DNA of 64,000 nucleotides from Eledone cirrhosa (lineage: Eukaryota). Shown here piece after piece: positions 26,990-41,350 of this stretch; positions within the stretch are counted from its first letter, which is position 1; each line of letters starts with the position of its first letter. The notes below the pieces were generated by a model, which was not told the origin of the DNA, ran no database searches, and worked only from the letters and a program-made list of their open reading frames with translations. The translations under genes and the position numbers were made by a program. The stretch is taken from positions 158,100,001 through 158,164,000 of the forward strand of contig OZ024742.1 in the NCBI GenBank assembly GCA_964016885.1, read 5' to 3'.

Positions 26990-27793
26990 AAAGTAGATTA
27001 TATGTGACAAACACCTAAAGGTAAAAGCCACACGAATGAACATTTCACCTCGTGTGCTAGAAGTCAAAAGTGGTGTGAATGGATAGGCTAGAAATAATAC
27101 CATTAATACACCTGACTTATAAGCTCACCTAGTTAGGGAAGCGAAATACAAATAACAATTAACAAGCTCAAAGTATAAATACAGAGCACTATATAATAAT
27201 ATATGTAGTAATAAACAGAGTAAATCGTGTGTCTAAAATTACGAGGCTTGAAATACCACGTTGGTTTAAGAAATTTAACCAGAAGCAAATTGAAAATACA
27301 GAAAATATGAGTGGATAGGCTAGAAACAATAGCCTTAATAAAGGGGAGATGTGATAGTTAATGAGACGGTCTGTATATTTTCGGTATTTTCCGTTTGCTT
27401 CTTGTTAAATTTCTCAAACAAACTTGGTATTTGACCCCTTATAATTTTAGACACACGATTTATTGTGTTTATTACTACATATATTATTATACTAGCAGTT
27501 TAACCCGGCGTTGCTCGGGTTTTTTCATTTGCTAAGAAAAGTTATATACAGGTAAACGTACTTTGAAAGCGCATAACCTTATCAATTAAGTGCATAAAGC
27601 AGTTGAACCGGTTATTAATAGTTACGAACCGATTAGCATGATGGTTTAATAATATTCCAATAGCGAATTTAGTAGACCAAAGTTGCAAGATGGTGGCCCT
27701 GATGCTGCTGGGTGTCAGATCTGTCCGCTATGGGTGACCCTACCAGTTTTCCAGACGGCATAGCTCCAACACCTCCAACACCTGCACCAACAT

Positions 27794-30660
27794 CTATAGG
27801 ACATCTTTGTAGACGATATTGCGTGTCATCCCTTGATAAGTGTAAGCAAAAAGTCATATCCTGCTCCCTACGCGGGAACAGGCAACATAAAGTTGGCCAT
27901 GGGAGAAGCATGGCTCCCCCAAATGGATGACCGCCACCGACAACGTTTGCCCTTGTGACTTGTTAATGGACATGGCAAAACATGGTCTCACCGGGAATTG
28001 GGATCGCCGGAAATCGAACTGGATATCTGACGCCGAGGGGAAAAGGTACATCCTGGGAATGAAAACATTATCCCCTCTCCCGCACCCCGTTACAATGGTG
28101 GCCTCAATCAAGTGTGGCGTCAGTGACTTGACGACCATGCAAGTACCGTTGCACTGCTTTGGTGGACGTAAGTTCCTTATTAGCATAATGGGACAGTCAA
28201 CCCTAAGCTTAATAATGTGAAGTGGGAGCCCTGGGGGCTCAATGGAATTTAATAACTCAACCGGATAATTAACGATATCGTCGGGGTCTGACGTCCGGTC
28301 GATAGATTTGAAGATGTGTTCTTTACCGGGGTTCTTCTCAATCAGCTGCTCGTTAATAAAATTAACCATGGTATTTTTCGGAGCAAGGATGGCTCTTTCG
28401 CTCAGCCAATCGAGGTTTTTAAAGTTAGATGAGACATTAGGAAAAACTGCTTCCCACAGGTCAGAAGGTATGCTCACAATGTTGTACAGGGGGTCGATGC
28501 TATGCCGCCCTTGTCATCCGCAGGGACCTTGCCCTCACCAAGTGCTAAAATATTCTGAGCAATTGCTGCAGACATGTTTTCACCATGCAAATGAGCACGT
28601 ATATTGCTCAGGTACAAACTCCTCACCTAGAGTCACAACTTGGACGATTAAGGCAGGCACGCACTTCATCAGCTCTTGTCCCTTTGGGGATGACAGGCAG
28701 CGTTTGCCGAAAATCCTCTGATAGCAGAAGCGTTACGCCACCCATAGGAGCCGTAGAATCCCTAATGTCTTTCCGGGTCCTGTCCAATGCCTCAAGGGCA
28801 CCCTTGTGTGCCATTGTGCTCTCATCCCAAACAATGATGCAACATTTTTTGAGAACCAGAGTTTCGTGTGAACCCTTGCTGATATTGCATGTTGGTGGCT
28901 CAGTTTTTACTAAATCCAAGGGGAGTTTAAAGTTTGAGTGTGCTGTCCTGCCTCCCCGCAGCAAAGTAGCAGCGATCCCGGACGATGCAACAGCCAACGC
29001 AATTTTTTCTCCTGACGAATCTTAGCGAGAGTCAATTTCGTTACATAAGTTTTTCCGGTACCCCCAGGAGCATCGAGAAATTAAATACCCCCAGTCTGAT
29101 TTTGAACTGCGTCAATGATAGTTAAATAGGCCAACCTTTGGTCCCGACAGAAGTTTGGGCTCATTTTCCTCTAAGTACTGTGAAAGAGATTCGATGTCAT
29201 GCTGTTTCCCGCAACAAATCCGGGGCCAACCTGTTAGCTTCCTTTCTGACGGTTGATGGCAAGTCATACGTCGCCAACTCACTCTCACCCATGTCGAGGA
29301 GGGCGTCTTCGATAACAATGAGTGCCCACTGAAATATACTGCAGATGAGCCAGGCGCAGGAAGTCCTCAGACATGAAGTCTCTGTACTTGACGCATATTG
29401 ATTTGGTATCACCCAATTCACACTTTTGAAGCAAAATGACAAAGAGTTCCCGTAGACCTTTAGGTGATTTCAACAAATCATCCTCTGCTAAAATGGAATC
29501 CCATTGCTAATCATCTTTCAAAAGACCACGCTTAAAGTAGGCTTCCCAGTACGTATCACATATTTCTCCATCAACAGTTTTGAGGTTCTGAAAACTTTGG
29601 GGCCTACAACTTCATGCAGAAGAAGCCGGAGATGAAAGCACTCATGCTGACTTGGGGGCACAGTGTAAACCCTTCCAAGACAGCTGTCATATTTTATACC
29701 AGGATGTCTTTCAGCAGCCTGACATGACTTTCTTCCCACCCACGTGTTTTTTTACCATATAAGGTAGGATGGAACCTTGGAGTACACAATTGTTTTCGCA
29801 AATGTATCGAACTGGCAAATTTTGAAGAAACCCGTCAGAGTGGTCTCTTGCGGATCGGCGGCCAACTTGGCGGCGGTTTGGTCCGTAAAGTAAACCCTTT
29901 GTCTATTTTCTAAATGTACCGCAAGCTGTACGATGTCGGGGTAACGTTGGTGTAGGGGTAAACCAAATAGGCGCCAAAAAGCTTCATTGCTACAGATGTA
30001 CCGCCCCACCAGGTATTCTGTGACCTTGTCCCTGCTATTTTCAGCTTGAAATGCGAACATTGCCGCATCAGAGCCCTTATTTACATATTTGCAGATGTAT
30101 TTTATCGACTTGACGGAGTTGCAAAAGTAACGTTGATGTGGGCGTTTGAACATCATCAAGAGAACCGGGTAGTAAGGGACCACCCATCTATTGTCGACTT
30201 GACCTTCCCTTACTGTTGTGATGAAGCCACCGTTCTCGGGCCGTCTCCGCCTGTACAGGAGGTACCCGTCGACACCAATCTGAGTCTGGTCAACAAATTC
30301 TTTTGGGTATCCCTTACTGTACGAAGCACCTTTTCAGACACGTGTGATGCTCATTAGGATCCGACGCACACGGACCATGTTAGCTTTGACGATGTCATGT
30401 AATTCCTGGTCAATTACTGGATTAGGGATTTCAGCCGAAATGAAGCTGTCCATGGCATTTGAATTGATTTTATGAGCTAACCAAATCAAAATGTGAGCAT
30501 GTGGCAGACCTCGTTTTTGCCATTAGACGGTGAACATGTCATATTTCACAGCCCCAAATACCTGACCTTTTTGATTAACGCCATGAGTTTAGCCAGTTTC
30601 AGTCTGAACACTCTGGCAATGAGGTCATGTCTGTTCGAATAATTTTGCCCAGGAAAAGGT
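27794..30660 (-). pseudogene. Helitron RepHel (HUH endonuclease + Pif1-like SF1 helicase), frameshifted
   Basis: Rep motif WQKRGLPHAHILIW (30481-30522), YSKGYPK and DGYLLYRRR; SIKYICKYVNKGSD; Walker A FLDAPGGTGKT (~29050-29080); VASSGIAA..GGRTAHS.FK, WDESTM, DFRQTLPV, FAMSINKSQGQT, HGQLYVACSRV; ends NIVYKDVL*. Confidence 0.93.
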
Positions 30661-30774
30661 TCACAGGTTACATTCCGATTCATATGTCTATAGCATTAAT
30701 CTGTTATATGAAGTGTTATTTTGCGGGTTGTTATTTGCAATAAGCCGATTGAAAATGTCCCAGATAAGCCGTAT

Positions 30775-30990
30775 GTCGGAACGCTCAATACGGAACGCTC
30801 CACTGCAGTGTTGTCATATAGGGAGTGAAGAGCGATAGAGAGAGTAAAGCAGTTAAATTATAGAGAGGAGGAATATACGGAACGCTCCATTTGATCATAT
30901 ACATTGTTTCTCTCTCTGCAATGTTGTCATATAGGGAGTGAAGAGCGACAGAGAGAGTAAAGCAGTTAAATTATAGAGAGGGGGAATGAT
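30775..30990. repeat. ~115-bp tandem duplication in the Helitron 5' region
   Basis: TGTTGTCATATAGGGAGTGAAGAGCGA.AGAGAGAGTAAAGCAGTTAAATTATAGAGAG twice; partial third copy near 31370-31430. Confidence 0.85.
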
Positions 30991-33648
30991 CATGATCCAT
31001 GTTTGCCCTTATTGTTGATTGATTTGAAATGTTTTTGCTTCATAACCTTCTCCTGACCAAAATCATTAATTGTCCCGACTTTGAATAGAATCCCGTGAAA
31101 AAAATGTTCTCATTAATTTTTGTCTCATATTGAGAAAAACAAAGAAAGAAAATTACAAAAAGGACAACAATAAAATATAATGTCTTTGTTGAGAATCATG
31201 TAAATAAATGCTTAAGCGTCGTTATTATTACGTTTGTTGTTTTATAAATTCATCTGTTGCTTTTGAATATTTGTTATTTGATGTAAAATGTAAGTGTGTA
31301 AAATATAACGTTGAGAGAGCAGTATGTATTTAGTGTTATCGGCTTTTTAAATTTTGATATTTGATGTATGACTGTAGAGAGGGGGAATAATCTATATAGA
31401 GAGAGGGAAGAGCGACGGAGAGAGTAAAGCTATGGTTGTTGTGTTGCTTAGGTTTCAAAGTTTGTATCGCGTTCCTTCAAAAGAAGTTTTGTCGTTGTTC
31501 TAAACTGTAATGGTGATAGGCAGTAACCTTTTAAAGAGAGTTGCAGAGGAGATTGAGAGTGGAGTAGAGGAAGGAATGAATCTTTTAAAGAGAGTTGCAA
31601 CATGTATGTAGTTTCATATATTTTTGATGGTAGTAGTGAGAGGAATGAAGCGTGTAAGAGAGAGGCGTACAGCATGTGTTTAGTTTTAGCGATTTTTTGC
31701 AAAAATAATTACGCGTTGACCTGCCGTGGTAAATTTGGAGCACATTGGAAAAAAATCGCTAGAGAAATATGGAAATGCATAAAAATCATACACACACACA
31801 GACAGATATCTACCGTTTTATATATAGAGAGATAATGCTCAATATTAATACTTTGAGCTTGTTAATTACAGGGTATCAATATGAGTTATTAACTCTGCCT
31901 TTTATTTGTATTTTGGAGCATGCAAGTGTGTCTCATTTATATACGATTATTGTGTGGCAAGGTGTTACCTGTAATGCAAGCACTTTAAGCGGGTAAGCAA
32001 GAGTATTATGGTGGTTGTAGTGGTAGGGTATTTTTGTATAGATAAAAAAAGTATGTGTGCAGAAAAAGAAAAAGAAAAAGAAAGTTATAGTTTTCGTATC
32101 CACCACCATTTTCACATTCAGGAAAAGGAAGGTATAGTTTTTACATCCATCACATAAGTTACGATGATTCTGTATTGAATGTTTGATGCATTAAATTATT
32201 GTAGCGTATCAAGGCTCCAGTGTTATTTAATCCATATTTATAGAATAGGTTATTTCTGCTGCGAGAATTTACAGTGGTTTATTACCCGGAAGTAGGTGTG
32301 TAATTAAGGGGAGTTAATGCATAAGGGGAGACAACTAGCTGATTCTCATATCTAAATTCATTGTTCTAACATACATTATATGGTGCCTCAATTGAGTTCC
32401 TTATATAAAAGGTTATATATTTATATCTAATTTTAAATTTTAAATACAGTCTACTCTATCATAATGTATTAAAGGTATCTATAGAAAGTTGATTACTCCT
32501 TATTATATAGTGCTACAATTAAATTTTCCATACAAAGTGCCATATCTTTATATCAAAGTTCACTGTAAATACAGACTACTCTCAAAACATATCAGAGAAC
32601 CTATTAGAATTGTGTCCACATATTCCTTGGTGAGTTATGGAGCAGCGTATGGCTGTTTGCATGATAAAACCAAATAGATCTCTAGGTCAGACAAATACAT
32701 CCCTCATTTACAATGTCATTAATCTATCCTATCCATCAAGTTATACTTGCATATATAATTCATATATAATTCATTGCAGCACCTTACATATAAGTTAGAC
32801 AATTGTAAGTGAATAAATGCTTTGAACATAGCTTTGATTCTTGTGAATTCTCTCTCTCTATATATATATATGTATATGATGCCTGCATATTTTATGCTAC
32901 TATTTTAATAAATTTATATATATATAATTTAAATGTGGTTTGCATTCGAAATTATATATTATGTTTATTGACACTGAGATTTAAACCTCTTGCGTCACAT
33001 TTTGGTTTTAATATTTTCTGATATCATCTTTATATTTTTCATCATGGGTTCATTTCGCTCAGGTCACTTATTTCTTATTGAACTTGGGTATTTTTTTTTT
33101 ACTCTTAGAGTCGTTTAAATGTGATGGAAGAGGAATTAGACCACTTGTATTATTTTTATTTGGCGGTTTCGCTTTTATTCTTTAATAGCTAAGTATTGTA
33201 TTTAATCTGAGTTATGTTTTACATTCGTGTCTGTATATTATGTTTATTTTAAATCTGGACTTCTCGATGCTCGACATTATATCATGTTGGGGGAATTGCT
33301 TGATGGTTTAAGGTATACGGGAAGACTTGTTACGTAATGGGTTGTAGACGCTGCCGGTAATAATGGATATTTAATCTCTATTCCTATGCAGAAACTTGGT
33401 AATTTAACGGCTGCAGCTTCTAAATTCAGCCCCTACTTATATTTAGAGCGGATTGGGGGTTGGGATATATGTATTATGGCTGAGGTAAGGATATGGAGGG
33501 ATGTCTTAGTTCTAATATAGATATGTATCTCATGCTTGGCTTGGCTTGGCTTGGTTTTAATGAATGTAATTTTTACGAGTTTGCAATCCAACGTTATTGT
33601 CCACTAGGTGCTTTGTTAAATGTTGGGTTTGTTTCCGAGTGCATTATT

Positions 33649-33833
33649 TGTGGATTGGCAGTATCGGTAGAGGGTCGGACGCCATGCTTTCCAGCATAGT
33701 TACGTCCCTTTACGATCTGAGTTCAAATCCCGCCGAGGTTGACTTTGCCTTTCATCCTTACGGGGTCGATAAAATAAAGTACCAGTGATGCACTGGGTAA
33801 TTGCTGGCCTTGTGCCTAAAGTAGAAACAATTA
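33649..33833 (+). mobile_element. tRNA-derived SINE (consensus-like, young)
   Basis: Full family match; short TSD ATTATTT. Confidence 0.92.
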
Positions 33834-33969
33834 TTTACGTATAGGGCATTCGAAGTTTGCTTGTGTTTGTTCTACATATATGTATGTATGTGTAAGGTAA
33901 GAGTATGTATAATTAGATTAGTTATCGAAGGTGAATACACTTGTTGGAGTAATAACGGCCTTGTTCAAG

Positions 33970-34000
<31 letters not shown>

Positions 34001-34970
34001 TCATACACATATATATATATATCACTGGATATCGTTATAAACTCATATATATATATATAACTATGAAAATATAAAAGATTCAGAAGCAAAAACCAACCGA
34101 GTCCAAACAGTGAGTGAGTTCTCTTATTATTTCTAGCAATATAATAACAATATGACTCTATTATATATATATATATTACATTCATTTAAAAAATGGTCTA
34201 TGTATTGTATGTTGCAGCGTTATTGTCCCCGTATATCATATGTATTTCCAAAACAAGGGTTGGCGTAAATATTCCTATATATGTGTGCTACCAGTCTCAC
34301 TTTGTGATTTTATATGACACACACTAGATATTGATCTAATTATGACGGTGGATGATTGCTCACGATACACATTGTTTTGTCCGCAATTGCTCAATCTTGA
34401 TCAAATAGACATATGGACAAAAGCTTTCGATCCACCATAAATCTATTTCATTTATCATTGTTTTAAGATTTTATACATCTACGACTACACAATACCACCA
34501 ACAATTGCACCACTCCAAACACCATCTCAACTACATCTATAATACTGTTTCATTGTGTATAACCATATTACCATCATCATAAACACATAACTACTCTCAA
34601 CAACACTATCATCTTCTATATAAATTCAGACACTACCTCCGCTATACTATATGGCTTTCTTCCAACAGACGATTTTATATCCATGTGTGTATTGCAAATA
34701 TCCGCAGTGGTAACTGATCGTTCATGTAAAACATATAAATAAAATAGCTGATTATTTGGTACTTTATCCACAATATGAATAGTGAGCAAAGATTGGGTAG
34801 AATACCATTGCGGCAACGATGCTACAACAAAATGTTTCTTATAAATTCACTATAAAATCACAATATTTTCTCCTTTAATTTGTTTTATGTAATACTTACA
34901 AAAAAGATGTTGTTTTTTAACTAGTAACTACAATTTCCCTAAAGACGGATATGTACAAGAAGTGATGTAT

Positions 34971-35065
<95 letters not shown>

Positions 35066-35066
<1 letters not shown>

Positions 35067-35199
35067 TTAAAATAACAGATTAAAGTTTAAGCAAAGAATC
35101 GCTGCTTTCACCCTTAACGGGATCTTCTGAAGTTTCAGAAGATCCCGTTAAGGGTGAAAGCAGCGATTATTTGCTTAAACTTTAATCTCTTATTTTAAT
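35066..35199. repeat. 66-bp-arm fold-back palindrome of a PLE terminal sequence
   Basis: Arms 35066-35131 / 35134-35199 with ~2 mismatches; same sequence as the PLE end at 19936-20005 and 50660-50712; between (TA)n tracts. Confidence 0.9.
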
Positions 35200-35288
35200 A
35201 AACATTTGCTCTACGGTTCTTATATATTTGATATATATTTATCCTTATCGAGCCCTCTTTGGATTTTAGTCTTCAAATTTATTATTAT

Positions 35289-35364
<76 letters not shown>

Positions 35365-35444
35365 CATATATATATACATATATATATACATATAATATAT
35401 ATATATATATTATATATATATATATATTTGTATATATATATATA

Positions 35445-36025
35445 TGGTGGCTGCCAACTCGTTTTCGAATACGGCCACTACTTTATATCCATGTAGGAGA
35501 ACCCATACCGATGCACTGAACGAGTGTGACTTTTTAGTCCAGCCAGCGACTTGAAAACTCTGGTACAAACACTATACTTGTGACAATTATTGACACATAG
35601 TGCTGAGCCCATGGTACCATGTGACGACAAGTGCAGAGAGATCTCTAGATATAAAGCAATACCTGTGCCATGAAGCTTTTATAGTGACAAAGGTACAGCA
35701 CAAAGCCAGTCACACTCTCTTAACCAAGATGATATTTACCAAAAAGAAGAACATACACATATACACGGTGGCTGCCAACTCGTTTTCGAGTACGGCCACT
35801 ACTTTATATCCATGTAGGAGAACACCTACCGGTGCGCTGGACGAGTGTGACTTTTTAGTACAGCCAGCGACTTGAAAACTCTGGTACAAACACTATACTT
35901 GTGACAATTATTGACACATAGTGCTGAGCCCATGGTACCATGTGACGACAAGTGCAGAGAGATCTCCAGATATAAAGCAATGACTGTGCCGTGAAGCTTT
36001 TATAGTGAGCAAAGGCACTGCACAA
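35445..36025. repeat. ~320-bp tandem duplication
   Basis: GGTGGCTGCCAACTCGTTTTCG...GAAGCTTTTATAGTGA starts at 35445 and 35767. Confidence 0.9.
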
Positions 36026-36069
36026 ATATATATATATATACATATATATATACAAAAATATATATACAT

Positions 36070-36148
<79 letters not shown>

Positions 36149-36911
36149 GAGAGAGAGAGGACAACTTAGAGAGATGTAAGCGAAGAAGGGAATACACAAG
36201 TAAGAGAAATAATCTTTACAGAGAGAAGGTAATTGATAGATGGAATATACTGAGCTTGAAATGCCGTTAACTAGTAGTAACGTGGTATGTCTACTATGCA
36301 AGGACACGGGTATGTTTATATGCTATAATTCAATATGTTCTACATAACTATTGCCTCGGGTCTTTTCATCATATACATCAATTTAGCGATGTAATTAGGA
36401 GTTATCGATTCTATTTACTTAGTCTAACTTCGTTGATGGTCCTCTCATAAATGCTGCCTTTTCGTTAGCACATCATCTGATGTTTTTTTATTTGTTTGTT
36501 TTTCGTCTACGGTGTAGTTTTTTTTTTTTTGTTTTGTTTTTTCGCTTCTGTAACGTTATATAGTTCATTAATTTTTTTTTTTTTAGATTATTTTATTATA
36601 TTTCGTAATTCAAACACATTTTCATTTTGGAATGGTTCGGACGGAATGGAATTTTATCATTGCGTTATTTAGTAAAACATTTACCATAGCTAATGGTTAC
36701 AGGATATGCTGAATGTAGTATAGTCAGTGGACCAAAAAACATGCATCACTTTAATAAAACTATCATTGTTATACCTCCCTATTACATTCATATATTTTGT
36801 AACTTTCTTATGATTTGATAGTGCGGATACTCTCTTTTAAGTTGTCTGGTCGTAGGCATGAAGCACCATTGCTATATTTACATATATATAGATAGATAAA
36901 TAGATAGAGAG

Positions 36912-36914
<3 letters not shown>

Positions 36915-36998
<84 letters not shown>

Positions 36999-37015
36999 TG
37001 TGTGTGTGTGTGTGT
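36915..37015. repeat. (TG)n microsatellite
   Basis: Directly visible. Confidence 0.97.
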
Positions 37016-37741
37016 TGGTGTGTTTTCACATCCACCAGTTGCAAGAGCGGCAGAGATGGTCCTGATGACAACCAATTCAGTTCGAAATGCATCAACGATT
37101 GTCCCCCTTGCTTCCGCTGGACACAGCCAGGTGGCGATATCTGCCGGTGTTGTTGCAGAGCTTTCTAAATATAAATTTATAAACATACCGTATTTCTTTA
37201 AAAATACGAAATTCCAATAGATATCTGTATACAGCTATGCTTGAAGCTAAATTCTAATACTATTTAAATCGGTTGCTTGAAAGACCTCCCTGCTATTTCA
37301 TATGTATTGTCCATGTTTTAGTAGTTATTATTTAGTAGTTATTATTTTGCATTCTTCGGCAATTATCTAGATTCAATATGTCCTAGCTGTTATATGCGGA
37401 TATGTTGTTAGATCCAGAAATTAAATGTGTCTTATTAAATCCATGTCATCAGCGAAAATGGTTTTACTGAATTCTCTACCACATGCTTCGAATTACATTT
37501 AAAGAGCTAAAGCCCTTCTGGTATTGCATATTCGCGCAGCACATTGAACCGCATGAGTTAAATAGTTAAAGAAAACGCTGTAGTTTTACATTAATATGGT
37601 GTTTAAAATAAAATCATATATACATATATATATATATATTTTTTTTTTTTTAGTATATGTTCGTTGTATACCAACATCTCAGTATGCAGGCTCGAGCACT
37701 CGACGAAGTGCGCAGGCTGGTATGGTTACTCCGGAATAATG

Positions 37742-37813
37742 TAAAATAAAGTTAAATAAAAAGTCAAATGTTTCAAATTTGAAACATTTGACTTTTTATT
37801 TAACTTTATTTTA
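37742..37813. repeat. perfect 72-bp palindrome
   Basis: TAAAATAAAG...GTTTCAAA|TTTGAAAC...CTTTATTTTA, no spacer. Confidence 0.95.
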
Positions 37814-37869
37814 TATATATATATATCGAAATGAAAATGCGAAGGCAAGGTAAAATTCCATTCATATAA

Positions 37870-37943
37870 TCAGGACACATGTTTCAATAAGAGATAAATC
37901 GATTGTGAAGCCAAGATCGATTATCACCGATCTCATCAGGTGA
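37870..37943 (-). ncRNA. hammerhead ribozyme in PLE 3' terminal repeat
   Basis: UCAC-CUGAUGA-47-nt stem II (GAUAAUCGAU/AUCGAUuUAUC)-GAAAC-AUGU-GUC-CUGA; one stem I mismatch. Confidence 0.7.
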
Positions 37944-39275
37944 AAATGAATTGTCTTCATATTCTTGATATGAGGGAGAAAAAATAACGATGTTCTCTCG
38001 CAGAATTCATTCCCTCATATGGAGACACACCAGTCAGTCAGAGACATGGCGACTGCTATTAGCTTTAGTTGAGGTCATAAAGGTTTTCAGATTTCTATCG
38101 CTGCAAAAGATGCTGGACCTCAATCAAATCTGTAGGGATACAGTCAGTCACAGTTAAACGTGAGTGGGTACACACACACTCCACACCTTCACACATCGAC
38201 TCGAGGTCAAAGAAAAATATATACATATATATACACACATCAACACAGTATTAAACCCGTAGAATTAGCGTGGGTACACACACACTTTCACACACGCCGA
38301 AGCGATGTCCGAGAAAAAACAAATATAAGAATGTACCAACACAGCACTCACCGAAAGTTAGTTCACAAAGCAACAGATGCTATGTCGGTCAAATCTCAAT
38401 TTGACGATGTAAATTGGAAATATTGGGTTAACCAACGCTACACACATACACACACACAAACGCGTGCGCGCAAGTAAGTTCAGTTCAGTGTTCTGCTATA
38501 CGTGTATAGATCGAATTGTAACATCCATATCTTCAAGTGTGTGTTATGGTATATACATATCCGAATCATCCAAAAAATGGGGGGGGGGAGGTATGTCCGG
38601 GTATATACACATCCATGTGAAGAGCAAGCAATTAGCTCATGTCAACCTCCTTGTGCTGTCCTGTTGAGAATCCGTGTCACACAAATCCGTGCGTGCAACG
38701 TGGGCCGACAAAGGGCTCCGTGTAGGGTTGGGTATTGGGTAAATGCGTCCGCAAGTGCGATTTCCCGTCACATGGGCCAATGAACTTTTAAGATAGTTGT
38801 TTGAATGGTGGAGGTGTGTTATCCAACACACAAGGTGAAGTAAGAAAACACAGGACAGTAAAATCTAAAGGATGTGTGTAGGCCCATTAATGGTGTGTCA
38901 GTAATATTGTTCAATCTGTAACAGTGAGTCCTCCATGGTTAGATGATCACGCATCAAAACCTGGTGTAGTGTTCAGTCGGTAGGAACGTGACAGTCGTAA
39001 ATGTGGGAGCTCAATTTCTAAAGGAAACGGGTACTGTGTGTAGAGCTATGTATAGAGAGCGTAATCGGTCTTAACTAAGTGTGTAATCAATCTAACTATT
39101 TACTAGCTAGGTATTCTAAAAGAGAGTACTCAGCTGTGAGAACTCCGTGGACACAGGCCGAGTATCGTTTGCAAGTGCGCAAACAATCTTAGTCGTCTAA
39201 CTACCTTAGTGTGTGACTGTCCGTTTATTGAGAGAACTATATGGCTAAAGTAGAGAAGGAGGAGTTATTGGTAGG

Positions 39276-41350
39276 TTACCTTCCAAAAATCCTGCGGAAG
39301 GTTTTCGAGGTTCTATGTTGACAGTTGCTGAAAAAATCTGCTCTTCTATTAATTAATAGGGGGCCGCCTCTAATAATATTAAAAGTTTCAGCTATACATA
39401 AATTGCAGACGCCAGTGCTGCCGTTATAAGGTTGGGCTGACCAAACTATGAACCAGGATAAGGAGTGCTCTATATTCTGATGTTTAAGCTTCCAGACTAA
39501 TTCCGAAAGTGCTATGCTATTTTTTTTATCTAATCTATTAAAGGTATGGCGGTGATTATACCATCTATCCTTAAATTCCGTGGCAGTTGCCCCAACATAC
39601 CTAAAGGTTCTATCAGGAGTGGAGACCTTACAGTCGTAGACTATGTTTTTGGTAAGGCATTTCCCAGCCATGGGGCAGGTGGCGGTGCTACTGCAGTTAT
39701 ATTTTTTGCTATCGATGTGGGTAGTTCCGGATGGACCACGGTACCTTTGGGTCGGGTCTCAGTTCCAGTCTGCTCTATGGGTAAATTCCCTGGGGTTGGG
39801 AAGACCCGACTCGCTTCACGTGTATGAGTCAGTTCCTCAATAGAGCTGCCATTGTTCCTGCCATCCTAATTCCCTCATTGCCTGTCCTAAGTCAACTATA
39901 ATTCATCTTAGCTATATTTTGAGCTATGTTACTAGTTGTGGAGTAGGACAGCTTGATGGTATTTCTATTGAATATTTCATAAAATCTGTGCGATCTAGGG
40001 AAGCATTTGTCTAAGGCCCTAAAGAAAAGCTTAACTATACTAGTGGTCAGGCCAGTGGAGTAACGGGGATTATACCACAGGACTTTTCTGGTCCGATGCC
40101 TCCTGTTTCTACTAACTATATTAGAATTACCTGTCTCCCTAGTAGTTACTGATCTATTGTAACTGGAAATTACCTGTGGATCGATGGTGTCCTGGGGTGT
40201 CACGATTGTGTTCGGAATCGTCCCAAGTGTTTCAGGGCGGTGTACCCTCCGTGCGGGTATTGGGGTTACCCTCGATAGCTGGGGTTGTATCCGCTATGCG
40301 TCTGCTACATCTGTCCCTATTCCCCCTACTCAACCCTCGTTCCATACTGCGTTCAACGGTAGTTTTATCGGTTCCACAATTAAGGTTACCATTAGAGCTT
40401 CCGCTGGCGTTACGTTGCTCAGACCCAGTGTTAGTACCTGGGTGGCTGTTTCTATTAGTACCAACAGCACTGGGACTAGACGGCAGTACAACATGAAGAC
40501 TATATGAATCCCCCCTCGTATCCCGCCTACTGTTAACTAGAGTTTCACTATTTAGGCCTAAGCTATCGCGGGCAATGTTACTTCTACTATTTAATGGACG
40601 TTTGAATGAGATCCCTCGCTATGCCCTGCGCGTTCCAGGGCGCTATTATAGTAATTCTTGGATGATAGTCCTGAAATTCTACTAGAGACGCTTTTGGTAA
40701 TACCGTTAGTGACTATTCTAGGGTGATTCGATTTGGCGTTGAGATAGTTTAGATTCTCGTTGGGTTTGTAGTAAGGTTGGAAGCGTCCTGAATTGAGGTT
40801 AAGTGTAACATCTAGAAAATTAACTATTTTTAAATTCCCTTCCAAAAACTATACTTAGGTCTATGCTCTTGAAGAATTTGCTAACTTTTTTCCTCACCCT
40901 CTCTACCATACTATTATTATGGAACGACACAGTAAACAAGACGTCGTCACGGTAAGCGCCGCCTCCCAGGTGGGGCATTTCCGCTCCGAGACAGTCAAGG
41001 AGGTAAAGGCCCACCAGATCCGTCACCTGGGCCGAGTCCGTGGATCCCATGGTGATGTTGAAATTGTCTGGCCAATCCCTCCTAGTCCACAGGTCACCGT
41101 TGAATTCAATTAAGGTTTTTCTAGCTAGGAGAATAATGCTAATTCCTTCGGATGTAAGGTCGGTGTGTAAGCTAGCAAAGTTAAGGGGGCCTACCTAGAA
41201 GAGTTGGAGAGATTGAAGAGTAGTAATTAGAGATATCGAACTGTATAAACTTAGTGCTATTCTTATTCTGCGATTTCTCAGACCAGTTAATTACCTCACT
41301 AGTTCCTGACGACAACTTGAGTTTCGATCTCCTAACTCGATTGGAGATTA
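39276..41350 (-). pseudogene. PLE reverse transcriptase + C-terminal GIY-YIG endonuclease, disrupted
   Basis: FIQFDISNYY, FNITMGSTDSAQVTDLVG, YRDD, VNFLDVTLNL, SNHP, IFNRNTIKLSYST, CP.AGKCLTKNIVY..YVGAT..FKDRWYNH, CNLCIAE. Confidence 0.93.

Larger units (their letters stand above)
26492..27491. repeat. PLE pseudo-LTR-like repeat in three copies (two direct, one inverted)
   Basis: 26540-26885 ~ 27155-27310; inverted copy 27345-27491 continues at 31833-31920 after the Helitron. Confidence 0.8.
27492..31832 (-). mobile_element. Helitron (both termini, internally deleted, non-autonomous)
   Basis: 5' TCTCTCTATATATAAAAC at 31832; 3' hairpin CCCGAGCAACGCCGGG followed by CTAG ending at 27492; inserted between A and T without TSD; RepHel coding remnants inside. 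Confidence 0.95.

Noticed and set aside
35134-35175. CAGAAGA-tCCC..GGGt-GAAA as a U4A hammerhead (also ~19965-20003)
   Set aside because: Stem II is present but I could not form convincing stems I and III or a cleavage triplet.
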